From a bacterium (lineage in GTDB: Bacteria > JACRDZ01 > JAQUKH01), in the NCBI GenBank assembly GCA_028719205.1, contig JAQUKH010000009.1, positions 1-64,000 on the forward strand: a DNA stretch of 64,000 bases, given 5' to 3'. The notes under the pieces were generated by a model. It did not search any database, was not told where the DNA came from, and saw only the letters and a list, made by a program, of their open reading frames with translations. Numbering within the stretch: position 1 is the first letter of the stretch; each line of letters opens with the position of its first letter. Shown here in pieces: positions 47,931 through 57,437 of the stretch. Position numbers and translations under genes: made by a program.

Positions 47931-48623
47931 ATGAATGACATAGTTCTTGAAGCAAAAAACCTGAAGAAATATTATACCCGCGGCCCGGAAACCGTTAAGG
48001 CTCTGGACGGCGTGGATTTCTCGATCAGAAAAGGCGAGATTGTTTCGATCGTCGGGCCCTCGGGTTCGGGTAAAACTACACTGATGAATTTGATCAGTTG
48101 TCTGGATACGGCTACATCCGGTACCTTGAATGTAGGCGGCGAGGATGTTACGCATTTCAGTGAGTCACAACTCATTAATGTGCGGCGAAATTATCTCGGG
48201 TTTATCTTTCAGCAGTTTTATCTTATTCCAAATCTTTTCGCGGTGGAAAATATAGAATTGCCGCTGGTTTTCGCGAAAAAACCTATTGACCAGAAAAAAA
48301 TACTTGAGGTTATTGAACTCGTCGGGCTAAAAGGGCGAGAAAATATTCCGGCATTTATGCTTTCAGGCGGAGATAAACAGCGCATTGCGATTGCCCGCGC
48401 TTTGATCAATGACCCTAAGCTTCTCATTGCGGATGAGCCTACGGGAAAACTGGAGTTAAAAGTAAGGGATGACCTGCTGGTTTTATTTAACCAGCTGGTA
48501 AAAAAAGGAATTGCTATTTTTATAGCGACGCATGATCTGGAACTGGCAGGCATGACACAGAGGATAATTCATTTGCAGGACGGCAAGATAATTCCAAAAG
48601 AACAATCAAGTTTATATTATTAA
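47931..48623 (+). CDS. Second ABC transporter ATP-binding protein
   Basis: GPSGSGKT, LSGGDKQR, IADEPTGKLE. Start moved to ATG 47931, since the upstream in-frame part is REP sequence. Confidence 0.93.
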   Translation: MNDIVLEAKNLKKYYTRGPETVKALDGVDFSIRKGEIVSIVGPSGSGKTTLMNLISCLDTATSGTLNVGGEDVTHFSESQLINVRRNYLGFIFQQFYLIPNLFAVENIELPLVFAKKPIDQKKILEVIELVGLKGRENIPAFMLSGGDKQRIAIARALINDPKLLIADEPTGKLELKVRDDLLVLFNQLVKKGIAIFIATHDLELAGMTQRIIHLQDGKIIPKEQSSLYY

Positions 48624-48645
48624 AATTTATGTGAAAGGGGAAAAA

Positions 48646-49161
48646 ATGAAAAAAAGTATTATATTGTTATTCGGATTTTTATTGTTCGCGCAAAGCAATA
48701 TTTTTGCGATGGATTGTAGTGCGACAGACGATAAAGATACTACTGCGCATGGCGAATCAAAGCATAAAGACATGGAAATGGCAAAGAAGGATTCAAATGA
48801 TACAGCTTCAGTCAAGGCGAAAAATATTGGCAATACCGTCTGCCCGGTTACCGGCGAAAAGATCAATGAGAAGTATAAATCTTCTTACGAATATAAGGAC
48901 ACGACTTATAATTTCTGCTGTGCCGGATGCGTTGATGAATTTAAAAAAGACCCGGGTAAATATATTAAAATAATCGGAGAAGAACTCCAAAAAAAGTGGG
49001 ATTTAATGAACCTGAAAGTTAAAGACCCGGTTTGTAACAAGGAAATTAATTCCCAGGAAGCGGATGCGACTTCCGTATATAATGGGAAAACATATTATTT
49101 CGACTCTAATGAATGTAAAGCAAAATTTGATAAGGAACCGGGAAAGTATATTAAAGATTAA
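48646..49161 (+). CDS. Exported protein with two YHS/TRASH-like metal-binding domains
   Basis: Signal peptide; 'CPVTG...YNFCCAGC..EF..DP.KY' and 'DPVC...YYFDS.EC..KF..EP.KY'. Confidence 0.85.
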   Translation: MKKSIILLFGFLLFAQSNIFAMDCSATDDKDTTAHGESKHKDMEMAKKDSNDTASVKAKNIGNTVCPVTGEKINEKYKSSYEYKDTTYNFCCAGCVDEFKKDPGKYIKIIGEELQKKWDLMNLKVKDPVCNKEINSQEADATSVYNGKTYYFDSNECKAKFDKEPGKYIKD

Positions 49162-49204
49162 TTTTTATTTTCGCTAAAAGAGAAAAAAACAAAAAAGGAG
49201 GGAA

Positions 49205-49360
49205 ATGGATATGAAAGTAAAAGATCCGGTTTGCGGCATGGAAATTAATTCAGAAGAAGCGGAGGCTACCTCTGTGTATAATGGGAAAACTTATTATTTC
49301 TGCTCGCAAACATGCAAAAATAAATTTGATAAAGACCCGAAAAAATATATTAAAGTATAA
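49205..49360 (+). CDS. 51-aa stand-alone YHS domain protein
   Basis: [61 protein letters not shown]. Not in the ORF track. Confidence 0.9.
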   Translation: MDMKVKDPVCGMEINSEEAEATSVYNGKTYYFCSQTCKNKFDKDPKKYIKV

Positions 49361-49393
49361 TTTGTTTTATCAATTTTAAATCAAGGAGAAAAA

Positions 49394-49822
49394 GTGAAAA
49401 AAGAAAATAAATTGCCGGGATTTGCGCTGATCTGCTGTCTTTTTATATCCATATCGACCGGTTGTACAACAAGCAGCAATAATGTCACACAGCCTTCCGG
49501 AACGGTAATTAATGTTTCGGGGGAATGGAATGGACCATGGACAAGCTCGGTTTTTATCGCGTTAAATGTTAAGGGTACTTTTAAGGCAACAGTAGTTCAG
49601 AGTGGAACGGTTTTAACCGGAACAATAAATGTCCCTGAGATAGGCATGACTAACGCGCAGCTAAAAGGGACGGTTGATACAACAAATATTACGTTCGGGG
49701 ATATAGATAATAAAATAGTTTTTACCGGCGTGGTAAGCGGTAATTCTTCAGCATCCGGAACTTATATTTATGCTTATGCTCCATTGAATGATAATGGGAC
49801 TTGGAGCGGTACTAAAAAATAA
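49394..49822 (+). CDS. Hypothetical lipoprotein (beta-rich)
   Basis: RBS AAGGAG; lipobox STGC; 'SGEWNGPW...GTWSG'. Confidence 0.75.
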   Translation: MKKENKLPGFALICCLFISISTGCTTSSNNVTQPSGTVINVSGEWNGPWTSSVFIALNVKGTFKATVVQSGTVLTGTINVPEIGMTNAQLKGTVDTTNITFGDIDNKIVFTGVVSGNSSASGTYIYAYAPLNDNGTWSGTKK

Positions 49823-49919
49823 AAGTTTTTGTTTATTGACTTTCTTATTAATGTATATTTGAATATTGCCGATATTAGTGTTGTTTTATGGCAATTAATA
49901 TGCATAGGGAGGGTCTCAT

Positions 49920-50678
49920 ATGAAGAAAATATCTGTTTTCTTTGCAATTATAATGCTGTCAGCCTTTTCAGGTTGTGATCTAAATAACTTATCGCAAAAT
50001 ACTTCACCGGATACTACACAAAAATTTGTACAAGATACTACTCGATATATTACCCAGGACACAACCAACTATACTCAACAGGACACTACCAAATATACTA
50101 TACAAGACACTACACAACAACAGCAATTTAACATAGTTTTACCTTATTTTAATGATTTTGAAAACGGTTCACTGAACGGCCTTGAAACCTTCTTTAATGA
50201 GTGGGTAATTTTAAAGGATTCAGACAACAATAATGTTATTGTTCCCTATTATGCCGATGATAACTCTGATCTGTATCTTGCTGCTGATCTGAAAACTAAT
50301 TTTACAATAGAATTCAGATTCAACAGAAGGATGTCGCCCTGTTGGATGGCGTTTGATTTTTCTCAGTATAAGAGGGTTGGCATGAATTTGAATAACTGGC
50401 TTCTTGTTAACGATAACGGTCTCATTTTTGGAAGAAGAAGTGAATCCCCTTTTGGGTTTGTGAATTATATGACTAACATTAATCCGAATAAATGGTACAC
50501 CTTGAAAATACAGGTAATTAATGCCAACCGGTATGTAATCTCGTTTGACGGTATTCAGGTTATTGATTACACAGACGTCAGCATAAATACAACTTTAGGT
50601 TATAATCTTATTAAATTCGAGGGAAATCCATTAGATGGGTACTATTATCTGGATAATATAAAGGTATCTAATCCTTAA
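49920..50678 (+). CDS. Lipoprotein with DTT-repeat linker and concanavalin A/LamG-like domain
   Basis: Lipobox FSGC; five xDTT units; 'NDFENG...KWYTLKI...YYLDNIKV'. Confidence 0.75.
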   Translation: MKKISVFFAIIMLSAFSGCDLNNLSQNTSPDTTQKFVQDTTRYITQDTTNYTQQDTTKYTIQDTTQQQQFNIVLPYFNDFENGSLNGLETFFNEWVILKDSDNNNVIVPYYADDNSDLYLAADLKTNFTIEFRFNRRMSPCWMAFDFSQYKRVGMNLNNWLLVNDNGLIFGRRSESPFGFVNYMTNINPNKWYTLKIQVINANRYVISFDGIQVIDYTDVSINTTLGYNLIKFEGNPLDGYYYLDNIKVSNP

Positions 50679-50697
50679 ATATTTATTTTTCTATTTC

Positions 50698-50731
50698 AGG
50701 GGCTCCGGTATTTATCGGAGCCCTTTTTTTT
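50698..50731 (+). terminator. Intrinsic terminator
   Basis: gggctccggt-attt-atcggagccc followed by a T-run. Confidence 0.85.
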
Positions 50732-50899
50732 ATTGCAGAGACATGTCCACGTGCATATCTTCTATTTTTGAAATTGAATGGAATATTACGAAAAAGATAT
50801 AAATATTTTTTAAAAATATGGTATTATTCGTTGTGTATGCGTAGATTCTTCAAAAAACGGATTAATTATAAAACTTTTCTTAGAAAGGAAAATTCAATC

Positions 50900-51436
50900 A
50901 TGAAAAAAGTAATTGCAGGGCTTATTCTCGCTGTACTATTGTCTTTTAACCAAAACTTAATGGCAAGTGAGGAGACCCACAGAAAGACAACAGAAGAATT
51001 AATCAAGGTGCTGAAGGTCGAGGAAATGGAAAACCAGGGTTTTGAACAACTTAAACAGATGTTCATGGACCAGACGGATCAAATGCTAATGTCCCTGCAG
51101 GATGATGCAAAAATAAATGCAGCCAAGGAAAAGTATATTGGCATACTAAATAAGGAATTAACCTGGACGAATCTTAAAAGTAAATATATGGAACTTTATA
51201 TGGAATTATTTACTGAAGAGGAAATGAAAGGAATTATGGCTTTTTATAAAAGTCCGGCGGGACAAAAGTTTATGGAAAAAACTCCAGACCTTATGGATCG
51301 GTCCATGCAGATCGGAGAAAAAACGGTATCTGAAATAATGTTAAGAATAGGGAGTGATGATAATGAGAAAGGCGGAAAGGATCAGCAGAAAAATGAAATG
51401 CCGAAAGATAAAATGCATATGCAAAGGAACAAATAG
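50900..51436 (+). CDS. DUF2059 family exported protein
   Basis: 'Y.ELFTEEEMKGIMAFYKSPAGQKF.EK.P'. Start at MKKVIAG after AGAAAGGA. Confidence 0.85.
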   Translation: MKKVIAGLILAVLLSFNQNLMASEETHRKTTEELIKVLKVEEMENQGFEQLKQMFMDQTDQMLMSLQDDAKINAAKEKYIGILNKELTWTNLKSKYMELYMELFTEEEMKGIMAFYKSPAGQKFMEKTPDLMDRSMQIGEKTVSEIMLRIGSDDNEKGGKDQQKNEMPKDKMHMQRNK

Positions 51437-51482
51437 TTGAACAATAAATATGTTATAATATATATAGTGTGAAAAGGAACAA

Positions 51483-53132
51483 ATGATGATTGACAATATT
51501 TTTGTGATAGGCCATAAAAACCCTGATACAGATTCGGTATGTGCGGCAATTGCATACGCGAAGCTTAAACAGTCGATGGGAGAGAAAAATGTAGTTTCTG
51601 CCAGGGCGGGGAGCCTTAATTTACAGACAGAATTTGTTTTATCATACTTCGGCGTTTCAGCGCCGGTATTTCTTCCGGACATCACCCCCAGTGTGGGGCA
51701 TGCTATGGAAAAAGAAGTAATTTCCTGCAGCAAGAATACATCGATAAAAGAATTATTGGCAATGATGGAAAAGCATAATATCCGTTTGATTCCGTTGGCC
51801 GATGAAACAGGCCTTTACAGCGGAATGATAAGCTTATTTGATATAGCTCACAATCTTTTTCGTGAGGTCAATCCGATAAATTCAAGGGAAATTTTTACTT
51901 CGATTAAATTTATTCATGCCTCGCTAGGCGGTAAATTGCTGAATGCCTACCAGCCGGATGATGTTTTTCAGGGAAATTTTCTGGTAGGCGCTATGAAGGA
52001 ACTTTCTTTTGGAAAAGTCTTATTCGGGCTGGACCATCAAAAATGCATTGTGATAACCGGGGATAGGGAAGAGATCCAGGAAATCGCGATCGAGAATGGG
52101 GTAAAGGCGCTGATAGTAACGGGCGGATTGCCTGTTTCAAAAGAGATACAACGTATGGCGGTTGAGCATAATGTAAACCTTATAGTTTCACCATATGATA
52201 CTGCTACTACAGTCGGGCTTGTTAAATTAAGTATCCCTGCCTATCGCGTGGCGCAGAATTACGATGGTACGCTTAATGAAAATGAATCGCTGGAAGATGC
52301 CCGGTTAAAGATCCTTAAGGCTTTCAATCGCGGTATGGCAGTGCTGGATGAAGAACATAAGCTTTGCGGAATGATCACTATGGCTGATTTTATGCAATTT
52401 TCTAAACCCCGGCTGATTTTGGTTGACCATAATGAGATCTCACAATCAGTTGATGGCGCGGACCAGTGCGAGATCCTGGAGATCATAGACCATCATCGTT
52501 TAGCTAACCGCGAAACTTTACACCCTATATTGTTCATAAATCAACCTGTGGGAAGCACCTGTACTTTAATAGCCAAGCTTTATTTTGAAAAAAATATCGA
52601 AATGGATAAAAAGATCGCGGGACTTTTAATTTCCGGTATAATAGCGGATACTTTAAATTTAAAATCACCTACCGCGACAGCCTTGGACAAGGAAATACTG
52701 GAAAAGCTGAATGAAACAGCAAAGCTCGATCTGAAAAAATATAGTGAAAAATTATTGGCTTCCGGAGTAAATATTAAAGGCCGCAATCCTGAAGAAATTA
52801 TTCTCAGCGATTTTAAAGAGTATAAAACAGGGAAGATCACTTTTGGGGTAGGGCAGGTGGAATTGGTAGGTTTCAGTGAATTTGAGGAAATTAAACACCG
52901 GTTCATGGAGGAACTTATAAAAATAAGGCGCAACCGCAAATATAATTTTGCCGCGTTAATGGTAACTGATATTTCGACATCAAATAGCCTGCTGATCTTT
53001 GATGGAGATGTTAATTTATGCCGCCGTCTGGGTTATCCTTTATTGGAACCGCATGTAGCTGAATTAAAAGGTGTCTTGTCCCGCAAAAAACAGCTGGCCC
53101 CGCATCTTTTGAGTATCTTCAAGGAAACTTAA
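51483..53132 (+). CDS. ppaC: Family II Mn-dependent inorganic pyrophosphatase with CBS and DRTGG domains
   Basis: 'GHKNPDTDS', 'ITGDR', 'LVDHNE', 'IIDHH', 'GVLSRKKQ'. Confidence 0.95.
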   Translation: MMIDNIFVIGHKNPDTDSVCAAIAYAKLKQSMGEKNVVSARAGSLNLQTEFVLSYFGVSAPVFLPDITPSVGHAMEKEVISCSKNTSIKELLAMMEKHNIRLIPLADETGLYSGMISLFDIAHNLFREVNPINSREIFTSIKFIHASLGGKLLNAYQPDDVFQGNFLVGAMKELSFGKVLFGLDHQKCIVITGDREEIQEIAIENGVKALIVTGGLPVSKEIQRMAVEHNVNLIVSPYDTATTVGLVKLSIPAYRVAQNYDGTLNENESLEDARLKILKAFNRGMAVLDEEHKLCGMITMADFMQFSKPRLILVDHNEISQSVDGADQCEILEIIDHHRLANRETLHPILFINQPVGSTCTLIAKLYFEKNIEMDKKIAGLLISGIIADTLNLKSPTATALDKEILEKLNETAKLDLKKYSEKLLASGVNIKGRNPEEIILSDFKEYKTGKITFGVGQVELVGFSEFEEIKHRFMEELIKIRRNRKYNFAALMVTDISTSNSLLIFDGDVNLCRRLGYPLLEPHVAELKGVLSRKKQLAPHLLSIFKET

Positions 53133-53180
53133 ATCTGGTCTTTATTCTTAAATTAAATCTAAAAAATATCAAAGGGAAAA

Positions 53181-55328
53181 ATGAATATTGATTTTATAAT
53201 AGATAATATTGTTAACGATCTTAAACTTAAAAAAACACCGGTTAAAAATACAATAGACCTTTTTGAAGGCGGTGCGACCATACCGTTTATTTCAAGATAC
53301 CGGAAAGAAATGACAGGTGATCTTGATGAAATAAATGTCCGTTTGATCTCGGAAAAACTGGAATATTACAAAGTTCTGGAAGCGCGGAAAGAAACTGTAA
53401 TAAATACCATTAATGAGCAGGGTAAGCTCACGCCCGAGCTTGAACAAAAAATATCAGCCTGTACCGATAAAACGGTGCTTGAGGATATTTATCTTCCTTA
53501 TAAGCCTAAGAAATCTACTAAAGGAACAAAAGCGAAAGAAAAAGGTCTTGAACCCCTGGCTGATTTTATTTTTAAACAGGAAAATAACGGCAAAACTAAA
53601 GAAGAAATAGTTTCTGTTTTTATTGATCCCGCAAAAGGCGTCGCGTCCTGTGAAGAGGCTGTGTCCGGGGCGCTGGATATTATCGCTGAAAATATAGCTG
53701 ATAATGAAAATATACGCTCATGGATAAGGAATACTATCCAGACAACAGGTAAAATTACTTCGAAGGCAAGAAAAGAATGGGCGGAAAAAGAATCAAAATA
53801 TAAAAGCTATTATAATTTTTCCGAACTCCTTAAAGATTCTCCGTCACACAGGATGCTTGCCATACGGCGCGGGACAAAAGAGGAAGTTCTTTCGTGGAAT
53901 ATTGAAGTTAACGAAGATGAGATCATCAATTTTATAGAATTAAAAGTATTAAAACAACAGGATTTCATTTTTTATACGGACCTGAAAAAAGCTATCCGCA
54001 ACAGTTTTAAACGCAATTTATTCCTTTCCCTTGAACTTGAAGTTTTTAATCTCAGGATGGAAGAATCCGAGAAAGAGGCCATAAATGTTTTCTCGAGGAA
54101 CCTTAAGAATTTACTACTGGCGCCCCCGGCGGGAAACAAGGTTATAATAGGTGTTGATCCGGGTTTCAGGACCGGCTGTAAGGTTGCGGTGATCGATTCG
54201 AACGGGGATTTCAAAGAATATGCCGCGATCTTTCCTCACGAGCCGCATAATAAAAAAGATGCCGCTGAGAAAACTTTGCTGGGTTTTATCTCTAAATACA
54301 ACGCGGAAATTATTTCAATGGGTAACGGAACGGCCTCAAAAGAAACCGATATTTTTGTCAGGGATATAATAAAGAAAAATAAATTAAAAGCAAGATCGGT
54401 TGTTGTAAGTGAAGCAGGCGCTTCGGTTTATTCCGCGTCTCCCGCCGCTTCCGCAGAATTCCCTGAGCTTGATGTTACTGTAAGAGGCGCGATAAGCATA
54501 TCAAGGCGCCTGCAGGACCCTCTGGCGGAACTTGTCAAGATTGACCCGAAAGCGATAGGTGTCGGTCAATACCAGCATGATGTCGACCAGAATGGCCTGA
54601 AAACATCTCTGGATCTCACTGTCGAATCCTGTGTTAATTATGTTGGCGTTGAACTCAATACGGCATCGGTTGAGCTGCTCTCTTATGTATCCGGAATAAA
54701 CAAGGGAATAGCGAAAAATATAGTAAGCTACCGGTCAGAGAAGAACATGTTCAAGACAAGAGAAGAGCTTAAAAATGTTTCGAAACTCGGAGCCAAGGCG
54801 TTTGAACAATGCGCGGGTTTTTTAAGGATCAGGAATAGCGTGAACCCATTGGATAATTCAGCTATTCACCCTGAGACCTACTGGATCGTTGAAAAAATGG
54901 CAAAAGACGAGAATGTGCCTCTTGATAAAATAATCGGGAATGATAAGGCCATTTCAAAAATAAATATCAAAAAATATGTAACTCCCGAGTTTGGTATCCC
55001 GACCCTGAACGATATTTTGAACGAACTTAAAAAACCGGGTATCGACCCGAGAAAAGAATTCAATAGCATCGAATTCTCCTCAGAGATCAATGAAATTTCG
55101 GACCTGAAAACGGATATGCAGTTAACAGGTATAGTTACAAACGTCACGAATTTCGGCGCGTTCGTCGATATCGGCGTGCATCAGGACGGCCTCATACATA
55201 TCTCCAAATTAAGCAACCGCTTCGTTAAAAATCCCCACGATGTAGTTTCCGTCGGCGACACGGTCAATGTAAAAGTGCTGGCGGTGGATGCGGTGTTGAA
55301 GAGGATCTCGCTGGAGAGGGTGCAATAG
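53181..55328 (+). CDS. tex: Tex transcription accessory protein
   Basis: 'ATIPFISRYRKE', 'DPGFRTGCK', 'SEAGASVYSAS', 'GVGQYQHD', C-terminal S1 domain. Confidence 0.96.
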   Translation: MNIDFIIDNIVNDLKLKKTPVKNTIDLFEGGATIPFISRYRKEMTGDLDEINVRLISEKLEYYKVLEARKETVINTINEQGKLTPELEQKISACTDKTVLEDIYLPYKPKKSTKGTKAKEKGLEPLADFIFKQENNGKTKEEIVSVFIDPAKGVASCEEAVSGALDIIAENIADNENIRSWIRNTIQTTGKITSKARKEWAEKESKYKSYYNFSELLKDSPSHRMLAIRRGTKEEVLSWNIEVNEDEIINFIELKVLKQQDFIFYTDLKKAIRNSFKRNLFLSLELEVFNLRMEESEKEAINVFSRNLKNLLLAPPAGNKVIIGVDPGFRTGCKVAVIDSNGDFKEYAAIFPHEPHNKKDAAEKTLLGFISKYNAEIISMGNGTASKETDIFVRDIIKKNKLKARSVVVSEAGASVYSASPAASAEFPELDVTVRGAISISRRLQDPLAELVKIDPKAIGVGQYQHDVDQNGLKTSLDLTVESCVNYVGVELNTASVELLSYVSGINKGIAKNIVSYRSEKNMFKTREELKNVSKLGAKAFEQCAGFLRIRNSVNPLDNSAIHPETYWIVEKMAKDENVPLDKIIGNDKAISKINIKKYVTPEFGIPTLNDILNELKKPGIDPRKEFNSIEFSSEINEISDLKTDMQLTGIVTNVTNFGAFVDIGVHQDGLIHISKLSNRFVKNPHDVVSVGDTVNVKVLAVDAVLKRISLERVQ

Positions 55329-55363
55329 TTCACCCTGTTTAATTCTGTTTTTTAAATTCCTAA

Positions 55364-55560
55364 TGTAGGGGCGATTCGCGAATCGCCCCTACAAGAAAAA
55401 TATTTTTACCTGAATGTGTATGGTATTTAATTATCCCATTAAAATTGTCAAACAAAAAATCTTAAGAGGGCAGGGCAAGCCCAGCCCCTACATTAATAAC
55501 CGTAATCAAAATTGTTAAAAAATATATTAAAAAGGGCGAACACATGGGTTCGCCCCTACA
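55364..55560. repeat. Cluster of three GTAG REP palindromes
   Basis: 55364-55393 tgtaggggcgattcgcgaatcgcccctaca; 55467-55492; 55533-55560, each ending cccctaca. Confidence 0.85.
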
Positions 55561-55598
55561 AATGCAAAAATTATGGAAAAAATTACTAATACTAACTT

Positions 55599-55964
55599 TT
55601 ATACCGCTATTTCTAAAGATATTTTATCATAATCTATGGTTGGTGCTATTTTTCTGTTTGTCTCTGTTTTTTCAATCAAGCCCATCTGCCCTAAGTATTT
55701 CACGTCATCAGCGACATTTTTTATATCCCTGTTTATCATCCTTGCAAGTTCATTAATAGAGGAAGGTTTTTTTGCCTTGATTATACGCAATAGTTCGAGC
55801 CTTTTAGGTGTTAAGGCCTTTCTGAACGCTTCAAAACTGGTGAAGTAAACGCCGGTTTCTTCTTTAATCATTTCCCCGCGTTCGATGGATTCACCTGTTT
55901 TTTCAAAATCATTTAATGCGCTTTTTAAATCTTTAATGCCTATTTTAATCTTTTTAAGTTTCAT
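55599..55964 (-). CDS. Winged-HTH putative antitoxin (HVO_A0114/TumA-like)
   Basis: 'F.SFEAFRKALTPKRLELL..I....PSSINELAR...RD.KNV..DV..L...GLI'. Confidence 0.8.
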   Translation of the reverse strand: MKLKKIKIGIKDLKSALNDFEKTGESIERGEMIKEETGVYFTSFEAFRKALTPKRLELLRIIKAKKPSSINELARMINRDIKNVADDVKYLGQMGLIEKTETNRKIAPTIDYDKISLEIAV

Positions 55965-55971
55965 AATTCAC

Positions 55972-56028
55972 CTAAATACCGCCAAATTCATCTATGATTT
56001 TTTCATGCCTGACTAAATTTGCATCCAT
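55972..56028 (-). pseudogene. 18-codon remnant of the cognate toxin gene (DUF6516/TumE-like N-terminus)
   Basis: MDANLVRHEKIIDEFGGI* directly upstream of the antitoxin; resemblance judged by eye only. Confidence 0.45.
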
Positions 56029-56146
56029 CAATGGTATTCTATACCAATAGCAAAAATTAATCAAATATATTTTTATTTATTAGATATTTATTTTATGGTT
56101 GAAATTAATGATCAAAAGTAAAATTGTGGGGAAAATATATAAAAAA

Positions 56147-56174
56147 AGGGCGAACAAGGTAGTTCGCCCCTGCA
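56147..56174. repeat. REP palindrome (degenerate)
   Basis: agggcgaacaaggtagttcgcccctgca. Confidence 0.75.
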
Positions 56175-56190
56175 AAAGAATAAATCATAT

Positions 56191-56787
56191 TTATTTCTTT
56201 GGAAGTGTAATGACCAGCTTATTACCCTTTCTTTCATACTGCATTTTTGACGTGTCCGCGTCGGCAGGGACGGGAATGGATTTCAGGAAGGTTGCGTAAC
56301 TTTTTGAACTGAAATGTATATTCCCTGTGTCCTGTTTTTGTTCTTCTGTTCTTTCTCCTTTAATTGTTATATTCTGTTCATTTACCCGAATATCAAGTAT
56401 TTTCTGATTCAGTCCCGTAACATCTAATTCAATGACATACTTATTTTTTTCATTTTTTATTTCAAACCGGTCATCATAAAAAATATCGCTTCTGAACATT
56501 CCTTTATTAGGGTTACCTGTCCCGCTGAATGAATCCCTGAACATTTGATCCATTTCTTCCTGCATTAATTTCATCTCCTGAAATGGATCCCAGATATTTT
56601 CATTCGTTTTATCTTTATCCTTTTGTTTATTTTCTCTGGTATTTTTTTCCAGCTCTTTGATCTTTTTACGCAACACCTGGATTTCTTTTTTTAAGTCTTC
56701 GACACTTTCTGCCGCGTATAATGGAAATGTTTCGAATATAAAAGCGGATAACATTAAGAAAATGATAAATATAATTATTTTTTTCAT
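56191..56787 (-). CDS. Hsp20/alpha-crystallin protein with signal peptide and coiled coil
   Basis: RBS GGAGG before MKKIIIF; 'WDPFQEM'; alpha-crystallin domain ending 'GNKLVITLPKK'. Confidence 0.85.
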   Translation of the reverse strand: MKKIIIFIIFLMLSAFIFETFPLYAAESVEDLKKEIQVLRKKIKELEKNTRENKQKDKDKTNENIWDPFQEMKLMQEEMDQMFRDSFSGTGNPNKGMFRSDIFYDDRFEIKNEKNKYVIELDVTGLNQKILDIRVNEQNITIKGERTEEQKQDTGNIHFSSKSYATFLKSIPVPADADTSKMQYERKGNKLVITLPKK

Positions 56788-56804
56788 AAAAACCTCCAAT
56801 GGCA

Positions 56805-57251
56805 CTATTTAACTTCGATCTTTACTTCTTTTTCTTTAACTTCTTCAGTTTTTGGTACATGAACGGTTAAAATACCGTTAACATAGGAAGCCTTTATGTC
56901 TTTTGGATTAACAGAATACGGCAGATCGAAGCTTCGGAAAAATGAGCCATACTCCATTTCCTTCATAACATAATCCTTTTTCTTTTCTTCTTTTTCCTCT
57001 TTGCGTTCTCCGTGTAAAATAAGTTTATGGTCCTGCAAAGAAATTTTAATGTCTTCTTTTTTCATTCCGGGGACATCGGCTTTTATCGTGTATTCGTCTT
57101 TTGATTCTTCAATATCAACCAATGGTGACCATGCCGCCAACCCCTGGTTTTTTCCTCTTTTCGTCATAAAATAATCTCCGAATAACTTTCTCATGTCGCT
57201 GTCAAAATCAAATAGATCTCTTTCCGGTTCCCACTTAATCAAATTTGCCAT
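56805..57251 (-). CDS. Small heat-shock protein Hsp20
   Basis: 'PLVDIEE...ADVPG...YGSF.RSF.LP...ASY.NGIL.V.VPK...KIEVK'. Confidence 0.95.
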   Translation of the reverse strand: MANLIKWEPERDLFDFDSDMRKLFGDYFMTKRGKNQGLAAWSPLVDIEESKDEYTIKADVPGMKKEDIKISLQDHKLILHGERKEEKEEKKKDYVMKEMEYGSFFRSFDLPYSVNPKDIKASYVNGILTVHVPKTEEVKEKEVKIEVK

Positions 57252-57437
57252 AATATGCCTCCTTTTTTTTGTTTTTAATTTAGAAAACTTTTATGTGATA
57301 TATCATATACTTTAAAAATAATAAGTAAATGGCCTGATTCTACTTTTGTTTGATTTTTTTCTAAGGCGATTTTAATTAAGTTTAAAGTCGACAAACAAAT
57401 TAAAAAGAGTTAATATTAAAAAAAGCAGGAGGTGCGA

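Noticed and set aside
47850-48155. Antisense ORFs over the ABC ATPases, and similar shadow ORFs across nuo, copA, tex and uup
   Set aside because: They lie opposite or out of frame to well-supported genes and have no independent coding signals.
50768-50899. Long N-terminal extension of the DUF2059 gene
   Set aside because: The RBS and signal peptide point to the ATG at 50900.
55364-55560. CRISPR array
   Set aside because: The repeats differ in sequence, spacing is irregular, they match the dispersed GTAG REP family, and no cas genes are present.
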